From: Candidatus Multivoradales bacterium
GTDB taxonomy: Bacteria > Acidobacteriota > Thermoanaerobaculia > Multivoradales > J023
Length of the DNA: 64,000 nucleotides
Assembly (NCBI GenBank): GCA_965248925.1
Contig: CBDFLE010000006.1
Coordinates: 4,128,001-4,192,000 of the forward strand
Reading direction: 5' to 3'
The notes beneath the pieces are model-generated. The model made no database searches. It had not been told where the DNA came from and worked only from the letters and a program-made list of their open reading frames with translations. A program made the position numbers and the translations under genes. Below, piece by piece: positions 49,540 to 59,608 of this stretch; the first letter of the stretch is position 1, and each line of letters starts with the position of its first letter.

Positions 49540-50754
49540 ATGATAAGCCGAGGCCGGTTGATTTTCATTGCTTGTTCTCTGCTGACCGTGGTCACCCTGC
49601 TGGGCGGCACACTGTTGGCTTCGACTCCCCGCCATCGGGACGACGGTGCGGATTCGCTCTACAAGTACTTGTCGGTATTCACCGATGTGTTCGGCCTGGT
49701 GCGGCGCTCCTACGTCGACGAGACCGACCCCGAGGAGTTGATGGCGGGTGCTTACGAGGGTGCCACCGAGGCCCTCGGTCCCTTCGCTCTCTATGTTCCT
49801 CAAGGACAGCTCGAACGCTACCTGGCCGGGCGCGAGATCGGTGCCGGTCGCAGTGGTCTGTTGGTGCTCAAGGAACGGGGCATGGCCTATGTCATCAGTG
49901 TGGTCGAGGGCTCGCCGGCCGACACCGCCGGGCTTGAGGCGGGCGATCTGCTGGCCTCGCTCGATGGCCGCTCGACCCGCGATCTGCCCCTGTGGGAGAT
50001 CCATACTCTGCTCTCCGGCGAGATCGGTCGCGAGATCGGGATGGAGCGCATTCGCCTCGGCCAGAGCGAGGAGGTCAGCTTGACCCTGGCGGAGTACCCG
50101 TCGCCTGGAGTCGGCCTGCGAGCCGAGCAGGGAGTCGGGGTTTTGCAGATCCACCGCTTTGACGATTCGACCTTCGCGGATATCGATCTCAGCCTGCAGA
50201 CTCTGTTGGGCGCGGGCGACCAGCTGCCCGAGCTGACCGAGCGCGACCGGTTGCTGATCGATCTGCGCGGAGTTACGGGTGGCGACAGCGCCGTTGCCTA
50301 TCGCGTGGCGAGTCTTTTCGCCACCGGCGAGATCGGTGTCTTGAAGAATCGCCAAGAGACCTTCAAGACTTTCAACGGAGCCTTGCAGGCCCGCTGGCAA
50401 GGCCGCCTGGTGATGCTGACCAACCGCGGTACCCAGGGAGCCGCTGAAGTGTTCGCGGCGGTACTCAAGCAGGCTGCCGGGGCGCTGTTGGTGGGGGATC
50501 GCACTTTTGGCCACAGCGGGCGCTTGAGCTTGCGTCAGCTGTCCAGCGGTGGCCATCTGCAAATTACCGACGCCTTCTTCACCGGCCCCGACTTGGAGCC
50601 GTTGAGTTCCAGCCTGATGCCCGACCATCGGGTGCCGGTGTGGGTCGCTGCCGAGGAGGACGACGAAGACGGTTCGCCGGTCGACCCGGTGCTCGAACGT
50701 GGTCTTGAGGTGCTGCTCGAAGAGGAGCCGGAGGCCGTCGAGCAAGCCGCTTGA
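49540..50754 (+). CDS. S41/CtpA-like PDZ protein, catalytic residues degenerate
   Basis: YVDE, LGPFALY, PDZ (GSPADTAGLEAGD), IDLRG; TQGAAE and TFGH replace SASASE and TFGK. Confidence 0.8.
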   Translation: MISRGRLIFIACSLLTVVTLLGGTLLASTPRHRDDGADSLYKYLSVFTDVFGLVRRSYVDETDPEELMAGAYEGATEALGPFALYVPQGQLERYLAGREIGAGRSGLLVLKERGMAYVISVVEGSPADTAGLEAGDLLASLDGRSTRDLPLWEIHTLLSGEIGREIGMERIRLGQSEEVSLTLAEYPSPGVGLRAEQGVGVLQIHRFDDSTFADIDLSLQTLLGAGDQLPELTERDRLLIDLRGVTGGDSAVAYRVASLFATGEIGVLKNRQETFKTFNGALQARWQGRLVMLTNRGTQGAAEVFAAVLKQAAGALLVGDRTFGHSGRLSLRQLSSGGHLQITDAFFTGPDLEPLSSSLMPDHRVPVWVAAEEDDEDGSPVDPVLERGLEVLLEEEPEAVEQAA

Positions 50755-50788
50755 ACGGCACCTTTCCGGTGCCGGCTGATGTCCGACC

Positions 50789-51781
50789 ATGGCGGCAAAG
50801 AAAAAATCCTCACGGGCGCGAGTTTCGCGTCGTCGGCGGCTGGGGTTTGCCCTCGGCGCGGTGTTGTTGTTCGCCGTTGTGCTCTACTTCGGCGTTGAAC
50901 TGGCGAAGCCGCCTGCCGTTCCGGATCTAACCCAGCTGACCGAGGTCGAGCCCGCAACCGAGAGCCTCGCAGAGGGCCCTGTTCAGTCGTCGGAGCCTGC
51001 TCCTACGGCGGCTGCGGCAGCACCGAGCGGCGCCGCGGCCAAATCCCTAGCGCCGCCATCGCGAAAACCGTTCGAAGTCGTTCGCCAACCCCCTCCGGCA
51101 GCGGCCGAGCGACCGCGAATCGCATTAGTGATCGACGATCTGGGACGCAGCTTGCGCGATGTCGAGGCTCTGGCTGCGTTGGGCATCGAGATCACCTACG
51201 CCGTCTTGCCCTTCGAAACCCGGACCCGTGAAGTGGTGGCGGAGCTGAACGGTCGCGGCGTCGAGTACATCTGTCATATGCCGATGCAACCTCGGGGTGG
51301 GGCCAATCCCGGTCCCGGGGCTCTGACCTTGGCGATGAGTCACGAAGAACTGCGCCAAGCCGCTCGGCAGGCGCTGGCGGCGGTGCCGGGAGCCCGCGGG
51401 GTCAACAACCACATGGGGTCGAGCATTTCCGCCGAGCGCCAGGCGATTTCACAGGTGCTCGCCGTGGTGTCCGAAGCCGGGCTGTATTACCTCGACTCGC
51501 GCACTAGCGCCGACACCCTGGGCTACAGTGTCGCCCGCCAGTTCGGCGTGCCAGCCGGCGAGCGGCAGGTGTTTCTCGACACCGAGCGCGATCCGCGGTT
51601 CATCGAGCAGCAATTCGAACGACTTCTGCGTCTGGCTCGTCAGCGCGGCGGGGTGATCGTCATCGCCCACCCCTACCGCGAAACCCTCGAGATCCTCGCC
51701 CGCGAGATTCCCCGCGCGCGGGCCGCGGGTGTGGACTTTGTGCGGCTCAGTGAGTTGCTCGATAGCGGCGGGGTCAGCTGA
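50789..51781 (+). CDS. Divergent polysaccharide deacetylase (YibQ family)
   Basis: IALVIDDLG, HMPMQP, GVNNHMGS, YLDSRT, VFLD, IAHP. Confidence 0.92.
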   Translation: MAAKKKSSRARVSRRRRLGFALGAVLLFAVVLYFGVELAKPPAVPDLTQLTEVEPATESLAEGPVQSSEPAPTAAAAAPSGAAAKSLAPPSRKPFEVVRQPPPAAAERPRIALVIDDLGRSLRDVEALAALGIEITYAVLPFETRTREVVAELNGRGVEYICHMPMQPRGGANPGPGALTLAMSHEELRQAARQALAAVPGARGVNNHMGSSISAERQAISQVLAVVSEAGLYYLDSRTSADTLGYSVARQFGVPAGERQVFLDTERDPRFIEQQFERLLRLARQRGGVIVIAHPYRETLEILAREIPRARAAGVDFVRLSELLDSGGVS

Positions 51782-52195
51782 GCTGGCGAAAGACCTCCGC
51801 GGGCCGCCGTTGCAGAGCCCGCAGGCTGGCCGCCAGGCCGGTGGTGACCGCTAGCAGGGCGGTGAGCAGGGGTGCCGCGACGAGTTCGCTGAGGGGCCAT
51901 AGCCAGTCGATCTGCATGCCGAAGTGCAACACCGCCCAGCCCAGAGCGGCGCCTCCGAGGGTCTTGTAGAGCGCTCCTTCGGCGCCGCGGTGCAGGGCTC
52001 CGGCGCTGATCGCACTGGCGAGGATGGCCAAGCCGGCGAGCACCGACAGGCCGCCTAGTAGGCGAACCCCCAGGGCCAGTCGGCGGAGAATGGCGGCGAT
52101 CCGTTCGAGTACCTCGCGAATGCGGATCAAGGTGATGTTGGGGAACTCGGCGGCCAGCCGGTCTTGGACCGCCTGATCTGCGGCGGCTGCTCGAT
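51774..52195 (-). pseudogene. C-terminal remnant of a YbbP/FtsX-like ABC permease with internal deletion
   Basis: QDRLAAEFPNITLIRIREVLER...ALYKTLG joined directly to ALGWAVLHF...RRPAEVFRQL; no 5' part. Confidence 0.65.
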
Positions 52196-52226
52196 GCGGT
52201 GGACGAAGAGCCGGTCGCCGCCGAAG

Positions 52227-53033
52227 TCAAGACTGCTGCTCGCGGCTCTTGACTTCTTCCCACAGCCGGTCGAGCTCGGCCAAATCGGTGTCGGACAGTT
52301 CGCGGCCGCTGGTCTCGACCGCCTGCTCGACGGCCTGAAAGCGGCGCCGGAACTTACCGTTGGCTTGGGCGAGGGTGGCTTCGGGGTCGAGTTCGAGATG
52401 GCGCGCCAGATTGGCGAGCGAGAACAGCAGGTCGCCGAGTTCTTCCTGCACCGCTGCCCGGCTGGCGCCATCATCCTGCCGCCGTTCGGCGAGGGCTTGT
52501 TCGAGTTCGCCAAGTTCTTCGTAGACCTTGCCCAACACATCGTCCAGCTGCGGCCAGTCGAATCCGACAGCGGCAGCTTTCTGGGTCATGCGATAGGCGC
52601 CGACTAGCGCCGGCAGGGAGGTGGGCACCCCGGCCAGAGTCGAGCGTCGCCCCTCGATTTGACGCTTGCGTCGCTCCCAGGACCTGGCCACCGCCGCGGC
52701 GTCGGCCAGACGCTCGCCGCCGAAGACGTGCGGGTGGCGGTCGATCATCTTTTGGTGGATACGGTCGATCACTGAGGCGAGATCGAAGTCACCGCCCTCG
52801 GCGCCGAGCTGGGCGACGAAGACGACTTGAAAGAGCAAATCACCCAGCTCGCTGGCCAGCTCGTCGAGGTCGCCGCCATCGATGGCCGCCGCGACCTCGT
52901 GCGCCTCCTCGATCAGATAGGCGCGCAAATCTTCGAGGGTCTGGCGGCGATCCCAAGGGCAGCCGTCGGCAGCCCGCAGCCGGGTTATCAGCTCTACCAG
53001 TTTGGTGATGTCGGCGGTGCTTGCGCTAGCCAT
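52227..53033 (-). CDS. mazG: Nucleoside triphosphate pyrophosphohydrolase MazG
   Basis: GCPWDRRQT, EEAHE, ELGDLLFQ, RHPHVF, GFDW, EELGDLLF. Confidence 0.95.
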   Translation of the reverse strand: MASASTADITKLVELITRLRAADGCPWDRRQTLEDLRAYLIEEAHEVAAAIDGGDLDELASELGDLLFQVVFVAQLGAEGGDFDLASVIDRIHQKMIDRHPHVFGGERLADAAAVARSWERRKRQIEGRRSTLAGVPTSLPALVGAYRMTQKAAAVGFDWPQLDDVLGKVYEELGELEQALAERRQDDGASRAAVQEELGDLLFSLANLARHLELDPEATLAQANGKFRRRFQAVEQAVETSGRELSDTDLAELDRLWEEVKSREQQS

Positions 53034-53262
53034 CTCGGAGACTCTGAAAGCGGTCTGTCGCTGTCGTCGGCCGAGAATTCACTCTGACTCGCTCGCCAAC
53101 CGGTGAAAACCACTTTCTGTTAAGTTTGCGAGTAAGATATCGGGGGATTCGCATCGCTACCAAACCGGAAGCGGATCCACTCTCGGGTTGCGCGGATCAT
53201 CTCTCGCCGGGCAGCGACGCGCAAGGCCAGGGCGGGCATCCGCAGTGCCGATAGACGAAATC

Positions 53263-55011
53263 ATGCAAACAACAACAGCGGCAGCAACCAGGCGGGGGTG
53301 GGTGAACGTGGCGCTGTTCATCGGCCTGGCGGTGATCGGCGCCGCGCCGTCTGCCACCGCGCAGGGTGAGGAAATCGAACTCCTATCACCCACCCGGCAG
53401 AGCTTGCGCCGGGTCCAAAATGCTTGGCAGCGGTGGGTCAAAGCCTATTACGCCAGTGATCGTCACGCTGCCGATGTGGCGATCGAAGAATCGCTGACCA
53501 TCTGCAACTACTTGGGTATGGAGCGCTTACCGGACCTCAGTCTGGCGGCGGGAGTCTACGCGGTGCGCAGTGCCGCGGCGGGTGACCCGGCGATGGCCAA
53601 TTGGGCGCTGTTGGCCGCACGACGGTTCGATCCCCAAAGGCCGGAGACTGAGTTTGCCGCTGCTGAAGTGGCGCGTCATGAAAACCACTTCCTGGATGCT
53701 GCCCTCGGGCTTGGCCGCGGCTACTTTCGGCTGTTGCGGCAACCTTCAAGCCGCCGTCTGTGGTTTAGCAACGGGCTGCTCTTCATCTTGTACGTGCTGC
53801 TGGTCAGTGGTGGGCTGTTTATCGCCCTACAGATGTTCTCCAAGGGCCAAGCTCTGATGGCCGACCTACAGCAGCGTTTTCTACCCGCTGATTGGCCGGT
53901 GGTGGCGTTGTGGCTGGTGCCGATACCCATGTTGCTGTGGCCGCTGGTTTTGCCCAACGGACTGCTGTGGTTGTTGCTCTATTGGAGCCTCTTGCTGTGG
54001 GGCTACCTCTCTTCTAGCGAGCGCTGGGTGTTGTCGGCGGTCTGGCTGCTCGCCGGCTTGATGCCGGTCGTGTTGCCACTGCAACAGCGCATCGTCCAAC
54101 GCCAACTGTCGCCGTCGGTGCGGCTGCTCGATAGCCTCGCCGAAGGCAGCCTCTATGGTGACTTGTTCATCGATCTAGAGGCTCTCAAGACGGTCTTGCC
54201 CGAGAGCCTGGCAGTCGACGAACTTCGGGCCGACCTCTACCGTCGCTTGGGACAGTGGGAGCATGCCAAGGCTCTCTACCAGCGTCTCACGGAGGCGGAG
54301 CCGGACAACGCCTCGGTACTGATCAATCTGGCGGTCTACGCCCATCGCGAACGCGACTTCAGCCAGGCGATCCAGCTCAATCAGGCCGCCACCGAAATCG
54401 ACTCGAGCTTGGCTGAGGGGTTCTACAATCTCAACCAGGCTTATGCTCAGACCTATGAATTCTCGCGTTCCAATCTGTCGTTGGCACAGGCGCGGGCGCT
54501 CGACAGCGATCGGGTGAGTTCATGGATTGAAGACGAGTCGCGGCGCGAGAAACCGGTGCCGGTCGATGGCAGCCTGCAGCGAGCGCCCGAGATTCGCCAG
54601 GCATTGGATAGCTATTGGGATACCCAGAACCCCACCTTTGCTCGGTGGACGGACTGGCGATCTTGGCAGTCGCTGGTGGCTTTCTTGGTGTTGATGGTCG
54701 GCGGTCGTTGGCTGCGCAGGCTGTTGCGAGATGGAGCAGGGCGGCGCTACTCTCGGGCGGCGCCGGCACCGCACGCGGCCTGGCTGCGGGCTCTCTTGCC
54801 AGGGGCGGTTGCGGCTGAAGACGGGCATGGTACGCGGGCGTTTCTCGCCTTGGTGATACCGGTGGTCTGTTTGATGATTCCCTTGCTTCGGCGCATAGGC
54901 TGGCGTTTGCCGCTGGGTTACGAGCCGGCAGGTTGGCTGTTGGTGATTTTTGCCGCGGCGGCGCTGGCGATACTCTGGTTGATCCGTTTGCGCATCGAGC
55001 TGGCGGACTGA
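53263..55011 (+). CDS. TPR-containing multi-pass membrane protein
   Basis: Signal-like N-terminus, TM clusters and TPR-like segment (AKALYQRL..EPDNASVLINLA). Confidence 0.75.
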   Translation: MQTTTAAATRRGWVNVALFIGLAVIGAAPSATAQGEEIELLSPTRQSLRRVQNAWQRWVKAYYASDRHAADVAIEESLTICNYLGMERLPDLSLAAGVYAVRSAAAGDPAMANWALLAARRFDPQRPETEFAAAEVARHENHFLDAALGLGRGYFRLLRQPSSRRLWFSNGLLFILYVLLVSGGLFIALQMFSKGQALMADLQQRFLPADWPVVALWLVPIPMLLWPLVLPNGLLWLLLYWSLLLWGYLSSSERWVLSAVWLLAGLMPVVLPLQQRIVQRQLSPSVRLLDSLAEGSLYGDLFIDLEALKTVLPESLAVDELRADLYRRLGQWEHAKALYQRLTEAEPDNASVLINLAVYAHRERDFSQAIQLNQAATEIDSSLAEGFYNLNQAYAQTYEFSRSNLSLAQARALDSDRVSSWIEDESRREKPVPVDGSLQRAPEIRQALDSYWDTQNPTFARWTDWRSWQSLVAFLVLMVGGRWLRRLLRDGAGRRYSRAAPAPHAAWLRALLPGAVAAEDGHGTRAFLALVIPVVCLMIPLLRRIGWRLPLGYEPAGWLLVIFAAAALAILWLIRLRIELAD

Positions 55012-55027
55012 AGGGCGGTGCTCGACG

Positions 55028-56419
55028 ATGGCGCTCGAAGGTGACCTGCGAAGTTCCTCATTAGGCGACGTGCTGCGGCGGGTGGCCGGGGACCGTGCCA
55101 CCGGCATCCTCACCATCCAGGGTGAAGGCGACATTGTCGCGGTGTCCTTTCTTGGCGGCGAGATCGTCTCAGCCGATGCCTTGAACGAGACCGTCGAAGA
55201 AGGGCTTGGCCAGATTCTCATCGGCGACCTGATGCCGCGAGCCGACTTCGACGCCGCGGCGCGTGAGCACCAGGCCGGTAGTGGTGGCAGTCTGGGTGAC
55301 TTGCTGGTGGGCAAAGGTCTGCTCGATCGAGAGCAGCTACTGCAGGGGATTCGCCAGCAGATCTACGCTCTGCTGCTGCGCGTCCTGCCCTGGCGCCAAG
55401 GTGAGTACAAGTTCTACGGTGGCAACGAGGTTTCGTTCGAGGAGGGCTTCGCCCCGATCTCCATCGAAGAGCTGCTGGTGCGCTTTCGCCGCGACTTGGG
55501 CGGACCCGAGCAAGAAGGGGAGTTGCCAGATCTCGACTCTGTTTATGGCCGAGTGCGGCAGGAGCAAGCGCCGCGAGTCTTGGGCCGTGATGGCGATGGC
55601 AGTGGCGGCGGAGTGTGGATTTCCGAGGACGAGGCGGTGGTCTTGCACAACATCGATGGGCGGCGGCGTGCCCAATCGGTCGGCAAGACGCTGAAATTTG
55701 GCCACTACAAGATGGTCTACAGTCTGCATCGTCTACGCCAGCGGGGCCTAGTTGAAAAGCTGTCCTCGGGGCAGGAGGGTAGCTCTCTGTTGGGCAAGAC
55801 CCTGGACGAGGAGCTAGCGCCTCTGTTGCGCGAGCCTGAGGGGTTTGGGCCCGACGTATTTCGCCCTCCCGATCAGATTCCGGGACCCATCGACCTACAG
55901 TTCGATTTTGGTTCTGAGGAAGCGGATCCTGCCGAGGATCCGGTGGTCGTCGCCGAGCGCTTGGCCGCCGTGACCAGCATGTGGCGTGGCTGGTTGGCGG
56001 GAGTCATGGCGGCCTTGCTGGTGGTGGCGATCCTCGCGTTGCTGCTCGAAAGACCTACCATCCTGCTGTTGCCTTTCCCATGGCAGGCTAGCGATCGAGC
56101 GGCTCATGAACGACAACAGCTGCAGACCCGCTACGCCAAGATCGATCGCGCCGCCAGCACTTTTTTCCTGATGGACGCCTACTTTCCCGACTCGTTGGAC
56201 AGTCTGCGGGGTTTGGGCTTGCTTTGTCGGTCGGATCTGCGCGATACCTCCGGGCGACCACTGCTCTACACCGCTGAAGATGTGGCCTATCGTCTCGAGC
56301 CGCTCAGCCCGGTCGGCGCTCCGTCTCGCCACGGATCAATTACCGACAACCTGCATCTCGACCCGCACTTCTTGCCGGCCACAGTCTCCAGCATTCCCCC
56401 TCTCTTTCTCAAAGACTGA
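55028..56419 (+). CDS. DUF4388 domain membrane protein
   Basis: MALEGDLRSSSLGDVL..ATGILTI..WRQGEYKF; TM helix near the C-terminus. Confidence 0.85.
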   Translation: MALEGDLRSSSLGDVLRRVAGDRATGILTIQGEGDIVAVSFLGGEIVSADALNETVEEGLGQILIGDLMPRADFDAAAREHQAGSGGSLGDLLVGKGLLDREQLLQGIRQQIYALLLRVLPWRQGEYKFYGGNEVSFEEGFAPISIEELLVRFRRDLGGPEQEGELPDLDSVYGRVRQEQAPRVLGRDGDGSGGGVWISEDEAVVLHNIDGRRRAQSVGKTLKFGHYKMVYSLHRLRQRGLVEKLSSGQEGSSLLGKTLDEELAPLLREPEGFGPDVFRPPDQIPGPIDLQFDFGSEEADPAEDPVVVAERLAAVTSMWRGWLAGVMAALLVVAILALLLERPTILLLPFPWQASDRAAHERQQLQTRYAKIDRAASTFFLMDAYFPDSLDSLRGLGLLCRSDLRDTSGRPLLYTAEDVAYRLEPLSPVGAPSRHGSITDNLHLDPHFLPATVSSIPPLFLKD

Positions 56420-56494
56420 GTTGCCGGCCGCGAGCCGAGTTCCGGTGGCGGCTCAGGCGCCGGATCTCAGCGTATTTCTCGGTGCCGGAATAAA

Positions 56495-56561
56495 TATGAG
56501 TCGAGGATTGTCATATATGGTGAGTTCGGTATTGACATCAGCCGACTAAGGTTTGTAGAGT
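56495..56561 (+). promoter_or_regulatory. dnaK promoter with two HAIR-like (HspR) inverted repeats
   Basis: TTGACA(56532)-N18-TAGAGT; TATGAGT-N7-TGTCATA and ATTGACA-N7-ACTAAGG partly match CTTGAGT-N7-ACTCAAG. Confidence 0.55.
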
Positions 56562-56711
56562 TTGCAGGATCTCGCAGGTCGCGGCCCTGTGGCCTATCGG
56601 TCAAGTGGCCCATCGGCCCATCGGTTTCTTGGGTCGCCCGCCCTCAGCCAGACATGCCACCGCGTGAGATCCCCACGGAGCAGCGAATTTCAGCGTTCAA
56701 GGAGACGTTTT

Positions 56712-58616
56712 ATGAGCAAGATCATCGGTATCGACTTGGGTACGACCAACAGTGTCGTAGCGGTCATGGAAGGATCGGAGGGCAAGGTCATTGCCAACTC
56801 AGAGGGCGCCCGTACCACCCCCTCAGTAGTTGCTTTCACTGACAGCGGCGAGCGCCTGGTGGGCCAAGTGGCCAAGCGCCAGTCGGTGACCAATCCTGAG
56901 AACACCGTCTATTCAGTCAAGCGTTTCATGGGTCGTCGTCACGACGAGGTGTCCGAAGAGCTGAAGATGGTGCCTTACAAAGTCGAGAAGGCAGACAACG
57001 GCGATGTCCGAGTGCGGGCCGAGGGCAAGCTGTTCTCGCCGCCAGAGATCTCGGCGATGATCCTGCAGAAGCTCAAACAGGCGGCTGAGGATCATTTAGG
57101 CGAGAAGGTCGAAGAGGCGGTGATCACCGTTCCGGCCTACTTCAACGATGCCCAGCGCCAGGCGACCAAAGATGCCGGCAAGATTGCCGGGCTCAAGGTC
57201 CGCCGGCTGGTTAACGAGCCCACCGCGGCGGCCTTAGCTTATGGCTTGGACAAGAAAACGGATCAGAAGATCGCGGTCTATGACTTTGGTGGTGGCACCT
57301 TCGACATCTCGATTCTCGAGGTCGGCGAAGGGGTGGTTGAGGTCAAGGCGACCAATGGTGACACCCACCTCGGTGGTGACAACGTCGACCAGAAGGTGAT
57401 CGAGTGGCTGCTGGCCGAGTTCAAGAAGGATCAGGGCGTCGACTTGTCGCAGGACCCGATGGCGGTGCAGCGGCTCAAGGAGTCGGCGGAGAAGGCCAAG
57501 ATCGAACTCTCCTCGACCCAGCAAACCGAAATCAACCTGCCTTTCATCACCGCCGACGCTTCCGGCCCCAAGCACCTCAACATCAAGTTGTCGCGCTCCA
57601 AGCTTGAGCAGCTGATCGGTGATCTGGTCGAGCGCTCCTTCGGCCCCTGCCGCCAGGCGCTGAAGGACTCGGGCTTGAAGGCTGCGGAGATTGACGAGGT
57701 GGTGATGGTCGGTGGCCAGACCAGGATGCCGCTGATCCAGCAGAAGGTGCAAGAGTTCTTCGGCAAGGAGTCGCACAAAGGCGTCAACCCGGACGAGGTG
57801 GTGGCGATCGGCGCCGCCATCCAGGGCGGCGTGCTGCGCGGCGATGTCAAAGACGTGCTGCTGCTCGACGTCACCCCCCTATCGCTCGGCATCGAAACCT
57901 TGGGCGGTGTTTTCACTCGCTTGATCGAGCGCAACACCACCATTCCGACGCGCAAGAGCGAGACTTTCTCAACCGCCGCCGACAACCAAACCTCGGTCGA
58001 GGTTCATGTGTTGCAGGGGGAGCGCGAGATGGCCAAAGACAACCGCACCCTGGGGCGTTTCCATCTGGTGGGCATCCCGTCGGCACCGCGGGGCATGCCG
58101 CAGGTCGAAGTCGCCTTCGACATCGACGCCAATGGCATCGTCAACGTCTCGGCCAAAGATCTCGGCACCGGCAAAGAGCAGAACATCACCATCACCGCCT
58201 CAAGTGGTCTTGGTGAAAATGAGATCGAGAAGATGGTGCAGGATGCCGAGGCCAACGCCGGCGACGACAAAGAGCGGCGCAAGAAGGTCGAGGCTCGCAA
58301 CCAGCTCGACAACTTGGTCTACAGCACCGAGAAGAGCGTCGGGGAGAACAAAGAAAAGCTCTCCGCCGAGGACCTGGGCACCCTCGAAGGAGCCCTTGGC
58401 GATGCCAAGAAGGCGCTCGAGGACGGTTCTTTGGAGGCCATGGAGAAAGCCACTCAGGAACTTACCCAAGCCTCGCACAAACTAGCCGAGGCGATGTATC
58501 AGCAGCAGGCACAAGCGGCTGCCGAGGGCGGTGAGGCCGAAGCGGCGGCTGGCGGTGGCGACGACGAGGTCATCGACGCCGAGGTGGTCGACGTCGAGTC
58601 CGAAGAGAAAGACTGA
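56712..58616 (+). CDS. dnaK: Chaperone DnaK
   Basis: [30 protein letters not shown]; RBS AAGGAG. Confidence 0.98.
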   Translation: MSKIIGIDLGTTNSVVAVMEGSEGKVIANSEGARTTPSVVAFTDSGERLVGQVAKRQSVTNPENTVYSVKRFMGRRHDEVSEELKMVPYKVEKADNGDVRVRAEGKLFSPPEISAMILQKLKQAAEDHLGEKVEEAVITVPAYFNDAQRQATKDAGKIAGLKVRRLVNEPTAAALAYGLDKKTDQKIAVYDFGGGTFDISILEVGEGVVEVKATNGDTHLGGDNVDQKVIEWLLAEFKKDQGVDLSQDPMAVQRLKESAEKAKIELSSTQQTEINLPFITADASGPKHLNIKLSRSKLEQLIGDLVERSFGPCRQALKDSGLKAAEIDEVVMVGGQTRMPLIQQKVQEFFGKESHKGVNPDEVVAIGAAIQGGVLRGDVKDVLLLDVTPLSLGIETLGGVFTRLIERNTTIPTRKSETFSTAADNQTSVEVHVLQGEREMAKDNRTLGRFHLVGIPSAPRGMPQVEVAFDIDANGIVNVSAKDLGTGKEQNITITASSGLGENEIEKMVQDAEANAGDDKERRKKVEARNQLDNLVYSTEKSVGENKEKLSAEDLGTLEGALGDAKKALEDGSLEAMEKATQELTQASHKLAEAMYQQQAQAAAEGGEAEAAAGGGDDEVIDAEVVDVESEEKD

Positions 58617-58627
58617 GGCACCTAGGT

Positions 58628-58664
58628 AGAACTCGGGCGGCGCCGGTCGCCCGAGTTCTTTGTT
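58628..58664 (+). terminator. Intrinsic terminator between dnaK and hspR
   Basis: AGAACTCGGGCGGC-gccg-GTCGCCCGAGTTCT-TTGTT. Confidence 0.75.
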
Positions 58665-58687
58665 AGATCGGAGAAAGGAGGTAGCCC

Positions 58688-59083
58688 ATGGCGACCGGCC
58701 CGAAAAAGGCGAGCGCCCCGAGGAAGCTCCTGATGATCAGCGCGGTCTCCGAGCGCTTCGAGATTCATCCCCAGACTCTGCGCATGTACGAACGCGAAGG
58801 GTTGATCCAACCTCAGCGTTCCAAAGGCAACACCCGGCTCTATGATCCCGAGACCATTCGTCGTCTGGAGATCATCCTCACTCTGACCCGTGAATTGGGC
58901 GTCAACCTGGCCGGAGTCGAAGTCATCTTGCACATGCGCCAGCAGATGAGCGAGCTGCAAGGCGATCTCGATCGTTCCCTGGACCATGCCCAGCGAGAGA
59001 TCGTCGAACGTCGCGAAGGCGGCGTCCGCCGCCGCCACGCCCTGGTGCGATTGCGCAGCGGCCCGCTGGTGCGCCGTGAGTAA
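58688..59083 (+). CDS. hspR: MerR-family heat-shock repressor HspR
   Basis: MISAVSERFEIHPQTLRMYEREGL..RSKGNTRLY..LTRELGVNLAGVE; follows dnaK. Confidence 0.88.
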   Translation: MATGPKKASAPRKLLMISAVSERFEIHPQTLRMYEREGLIQPQRSKGNTRLYDPETIRRLEIILTLTRELGVNLAGVEVILHMRQQMSELQGDLDRSLDHAQREIVERREGGVRRRHALVRLRSGPLVRRE

Positions 59084-59333
59084 GAGCCTGGTCAAGTGCC
59101 TCAGTTTTTTACCCCGGCTGGAGCCTGCCTCTGCCGGAGATTTTCGATTTCTGATGGGCGTTGGCTCGCGGACGCGAGCGGCGGCGTTGGCTCGGTAGGG
59201 GAGAACGAGCGATGAAGGCGAAACTGCTCGAAGACGATCAACAACCCACACCTACTCAGGCGCCTGACGGTGCGAAGAGCCACGGCGCGGCCGAATTCGG
59301 CGCTTCGCGCATCTTCGGGGCGCATAGAATCCC

Positions 59334-59471
59334 CGTCCCGCGAGGGACGTTATCTTCCAGCGAGTGATTTCAATCACTTGCGGGGTACCGCAGCCTGCAG
59401 TCGGCGCATCATGCTGCGTTTCCACGAGGGATTGAAATCCCTCGCTAGGGCGTGACGTCCCTGTCGGGACG
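59334..59471. repeat. Inverted pair of REP-like double-hairpin elements
   Basis: CGTCCCGCGAGGGACG..CAGCGAGTGATTTCAATCACTTG and CGAGGGATTGAAATCCCTCGCTAG..TGACGTCCCTGTCGGGACG. Confidence 0.7.
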
Positions 59472-59608
59472 AAGAGCAATGCGCCTGTTTTTAGGCATTT
59501 GTGTAGCTTCCGAGATGTTGTTGGGGCGGGGGAGTTACCCTCTGAGCTAGAGCGAATGGCTCGGTGACAGGGTGCGGAGGGTCAAAGGTCGAGGGTTTAG
59601 AACCGCGT

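Noticed and set aside
49477-50790. Long antisense or alternate-frame ORFs (e.g. 49477-50790, 30466-31797, 29594-30715, 37869-38951, 13971-15092)
   Set aside because: Shadow ORFs expected in high-GC DNA; they overlap well-supported genes and show no recognisable motifs.
53034-53262. tRNA or ncRNA in the larger intergenic gaps (also 39074-39374, 59084-59330)
   Set aside because: No cloverleaf, T-loop or riboswitch consensus recognised by eye; a tRNAscan/Rfam run would be needed to exclude them fully.
56562-56711. 50-aa N-terminal extension of DnaK
   Set aside because: The canonical [14 protein letters not shown] start with RBS is at 56712; the extension lies in the predicted 5' UTR.
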